This document shows, piece after piece, positions 61,519 through 64,000 of a stretch of 64,000 nucleotides of DNA (position 1 is the stretch's first letter; each line of letters begins with the position of its first letter). Source of the stretch: Candidatus Nanopelagicaceae bacterium. GTDB taxonomy: Bacteria > Actinomycetota > Actinomycetes > Nanopelagicales > Nanopelagicaceae. Location: contig JANQVH010000015.1 of the NCBI GenBank assembly GCA_030730425.1, positions 28,696 to 92,695 on the forward strand, in the 5' to 3' direction. The translations under genes and the position numbers were made by a program. Under the pieces are notes generated by a model. The model worked only from the letters and a program-made list of their open reading frames with translations, ran no database searches and had not been told where the DNA came from.

Positions 61519-62442
61519 GTGAGCAAAGCTAACTCGGCATATGGTTATGGGATTTCAACCATTGCAAAAGATGGATCAACCCTTGATACCTATTTTCATC
61601 AACTAGGCCTGGGCGCAGCTGAAGCAAGCAGAGTTGATTTAGCAAGCCTTGAGGGCGCAGATAACGAGCGAGAGATAACTCGAAGAGTAGTTAAAACAGA
61701 AATTGAGCTAGATAAGCCGCCAGCAAGTGTTGCTGATGCCTATTTGCGACTGCACCTACTCTCTCATCGTTTAGTTAAACCACATGGGTTATCACTTGAA
61801 GGAATTTTCTCAATTCTCAATAATGTTATCTGGACCTCCCATGGGCCCTGCGCTATCGCTGGATTTGATCAGGTGCGTTTAAAGCTCCGCGCTAAATATG
61901 GCTATCTTGCAATCTATGGCGTAGATAAGTTTCCAAGGATGCTTGATTATGTTCTTCCCGAGGGAGTGCGAATTGCAGATGCAGATCGGGTAAGACTTGG
62001 AGCTTATTTATCACCTGGAACAACTGTGATGCATGAAGGCTTTGTTAACTTCAATGCGGGAACTCTTGGCGCATCTATGGTTGAAGGTCGAATATCTGCA
62101 GGAGTTGTTGTCGGCGATGGTTCTGATATTGGTGGTGGCGCTTCAATTATGGGAACTCTAAGTGGCGGAGGAAAAGAAGTAGTTTCCATTGGCAAGAGAA
62201 CACTTCTTGGAGCAAATTCAGGACTTGGAATTTCACTCGGCGATGATTGTGTTCTAGAAGCTGGCGTCTACTTAACTGCAGGCTCAAAGGTGCTTCTGCC
62301 AGATGGCAAGATAGTCAAAGCAAGAGAGCTATCAGGCGCTAACTCACTTTTGATTCGTAGAAATTCCCAGAGCGGCGCAATTGAAGCTCTTAATAAAAAT
62401 GGTAGTTGGGGCGGTTTAAATAGCGTGCTTCACTCTAATTAA
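61519..62442 (+). CDS. dapD: 2,3,4,5-tetrahydropyridine-2,6-dicarboxylate N-succinyltransferase (actinobacterial type)
   Basis: DAYLRLHLLSHRLVKPHG, YGVDKFPRM, RIADADRVRLGAYLSPGTTVMHEGFVNFNAGTLGASMVEGRISAGVVVGDGSD. Close to my recollection of M. tuberculosis DapD. GTG start. Confidence 0.93.
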   Translation: MSKANSAYGYGISTIAKDGSTLDTYFHQLGLGAAEASRVDLASLEGADNEREITRRVVKTEIELDKPPASVADAYLRLHLLSHRLVKPHGLSLEGIFSILNNVIWTSHGPCAIAGFDQVRLKLRAKYGYLAIYGVDKFPRMLDYVLPEGVRIADADRVRLGAYLSPGTTVMHEGFVNFNAGTLGASMVEGRISAGVVVGDGSDIGGGASIMGTLSGGGKEVVSIGKRTLLGANSGLGISLGDDCVLEAGVYLTAGSKVLLPDGKIVKARELSGANSLLIRRNSQSGAIEALNKNGSWGGLNSVLHSN

Positions 62443-63764
62443 GTCAGGCAGTATTTAACTCGTTCAAGAATTTCCGGTAGACACTCTTTAGCAATAAAAG
62501 GCAGCTTAACGATTGCCCTTGTGTTATGAATCCAGGTCGATGGAAGTTTTACTCTGGAGCGAAAGAGTTCTCCGGTTAGCGTTGCTGTTGCCCCAGTACT
62601 TGAAATTCCAGTAATTGAACTGATACTTCCCGTTTGAGTTCTTGAGTTGATGGTAAATGAGACGACATTAGGTAGTAAAAAGGCTTGCGCCATAACGCTC
62701 TGTGGCACAAATCTTGACCAAAGTGCATATCTTCGATTAATAGTTGGATCTAAGCTCCAAGGATCAGGTACTCCGGTTAGGTAAGGCAGTGGACTTCCCC
62801 AAACCTCAACAACATTTTGAGTAACTCCCCCGCTGGATGAGAAATAAAAAGCTTGAATGGGCTTGCCCTCGCGGGTTACTACTAGAGAGTTATTCTCATC
62901 AATAAAGGTGCGATCAACTGCCTCTCGCCATTTAATGCCATAGATGGCCTCAATTTCCTTGGCATAACCAACGAAATTCTGATCAACGGTGGTGTTATAA
63001 ATATTGCAATCACATTCAACTCTTAGCCTAGATAATTTACCTAACGCATAAGTTCTTGCCGCTATTGCTTGTGCTTCAAGGGCAGCAGCTGGCCAAGATG
63101 ACGGTACTTCACCTAGTCCATAGAGATACTCGTCATGAAGTCTTAAAGTATTAGTAACTGCTAGGTATGAGCTAAGAAGATTGGTTACGCTCTTAAATAC
63201 TATTTGACCATACTTATATTGAGTTGCAGTTACTCCATTAGTTAATAGCGCAGTTGTAGTTGCGCTATCCCAACGAATAGTCCAAGCAGGGGCAGGATTG
63301 ATTGCAGCATATTTAGCTGTAGGTGATGAGAGAGCTGGAACAACACTTCCTGCAAAATTTGTAAAGAGAGCAGTGGTATCACCTGAATATATTCCAAATG
63401 GCTCAGGGCTCTCACTCAATGGAATATCGCCTTGATATAGGCGAATCTCGCCAGTTGATCCAACTGCATTAAAAGTTACTGATGATATTAAGTTGGCGAT
63501 ATTTACTCTTATTAATTGATCATCTGGATAGGCAGTGACTTCAGTGCCTGGGTAGTAATAGTTAAGAATTTCAACAGCTGTCTTTGATTCAAGTGCTTGG
63601 CCGCGAGCGCCAATCTGACTCATTCCCACGCCATGGCCATAGCCTGAGCCAAAGAAACGAAAATCTGTTGGGATGAGAGTTCGTGCTTGAGCAGGGGAAA
63701 ATAAGTTAAGCCCTAAGGTGAAGATAAGCGATAGGGAAGTAAGGAGAAACGCTCTTTTCTTCAT
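62439..63764 (-). CDS. SpoIID/LytB domain-containing secreted protein
   Basis: Signal peptide ending PAQA. GYGHGVGMSQIGA, EAQAIAARTYAL and FYFSSSGG motifs of the SpoIID family. Confidence 0.85.
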   Translation of the reverse strand: MKKRAFLLTSLSLIFTLGLNLFSPAQARTLIPTDFRFFGSGYGHGVGMSQIGARGQALESKTAVEILNYYYPGTEVTAYPDDQLIRVNIANLISSVTFNAVGSTGEIRLYQGDIPLSESPEPFGIYSGDTTALFTNFAGSVVPALSSPTAKYAAINPAPAWTIRWDSATTTALLTNGVTATQYKYGQIVFKSVTNLLSSYLAVTNTLRLHDEYLYGLGEVPSSWPAAALEAQAIAARTYALGKLSRLRVECDCNIYNTTVDQNFVGYAKEIEAIYGIKWREAVDRTFIDENNSLVVTREGKPIQAFYFSSSGGVTQNVVEVWGSPLPYLTGVPDPWSLDPTINRRYALWSRFVPQSVMAQAFLLPNVVSFTINSRTQTGSISSITGISSTGATATLTGELFRSRVKLPSTWIHNTRAIVKLPFIAKECLPEILERVKYCLT

Positions 63765-63793
63765 ATTTCTTAGGGTACCGCAGCGCTAGTAAA

Positions 63794-64000
63794 TTAGTTG
63801 GTAATTAGCTTTCTTGGTGAGGTGATGAAACCAAATCCCCAGCAAAAATGCATGAAAATCAAAACAATTGGTAAGTAAATCCGCTGGGCTAGACCTTTTC
63901 CAATAATTAATGAAGTCACAATTATCGCGCCAAAATAAGTAATGATTGGAATAAAAAATAGTGATGAGGCAAAGATTCCCAGAGTTAATGAAGTAATTTG
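63794..64000 (-). CDS. 3' end of a membrane protein gene (N-terminus outside the window)
   Basis: The open frame runs from the window edge: ...LTLGIFASSLFFIPIITYFGAIIVTSLIIGKGLAQRIYLPIVLIFMHFCWGFGFITSPRKLITN*. It has two hydrophobic segments. The MHxxWGxGF ending resembles the C-termini of membrane GT2 enzymes, but this is a weak match. Confidence 0.5.
   Translation of the reverse strand, partial: QITSLTLGIFASSLFFIPIITYFGAIIVTSLIIGKGLAQRIYLPIVLIFMHFCWGFGFITSPRKLITN

Overview
This is a 64-kb chromosomal segment from a streamlined, comparatively AT-rich actinobacterium. GC content was judged by eye, not computed. The lineage call rests on WhiB1 and WhiB2, MtrA/MtrB, PdtaS, an MshB-like deacetylase, actinobacterial DapD, and DUF3117, DUF3499, DUF3107 and Rv3235-family genes. 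Local gene order recalls the M. tuberculosis Rv3219-Rv3265 and Rv1170-Rv1229 neighbourhoods (recalled from memory). A freshwater acI/Nanopelagicales-type genome is a plausible source, but that is inference only.

Coding density is very high, with about 70 genes and many 1-4 nt start/stop overlaps.

Contents, in order:
- truncated tRNA-Lys(CUU)
- a secreted protein with eight Ig-like repeats, and a divergent sulfotransferase
- trhO
- an omega-aminotransferase + mmsA pair
- the ribD-ribE-ribBA-ribH operon behind a clear FMN riboswitch
- a DUF885 gene, long-type argG, a methyltransferase and a short HPF
- a LacI-regulated alpha-glucoside ABC uptake/GH13 locus
- an alkA-like gene and msrB-msrA
- tRNA-Arg(CCG)
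- whiB1 and pdtaS
- a SAF/CpaB-like plus degenerate CpaE-like pair
- a 16-kb minus-strand run: fdxA-dapC-manC, whiB2, giant GT2 membrane protein, DUF5719-like, DUF3499, pmm, ahcY-mtrA-mtrB, comF-like, secA
- cysS, an mshB-like gene, TetR and DUF3107
- ParA-MpaB-MarC-PHP, EamA, mrp, tatB, an O-methyltransferase and pepA
- DUF3117, a sigma-region-4-only protein, SRPBCC, LOG, dapD and SpoIID

I saw no CRISPR array, IS element, integrase, toxin-antitoxin pair or recognised defence gene.

The items most worth a second look are:
- the uncharacterised GT2-polytopic/DUF5719-like envelope module
- the orphan CpaB/CpaE-like pair with a dead Walker A, placed upstream of pdtaS
- a dapC whose conserved N-terminus has no canonical start codon
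- the FMN riboswitch expression platform
- a terminator-like hairpin in the whiB2 leader
- the repeat protein/sulfotransferase islet next to tRNA-Lys
- two small genes missing from the ORF track
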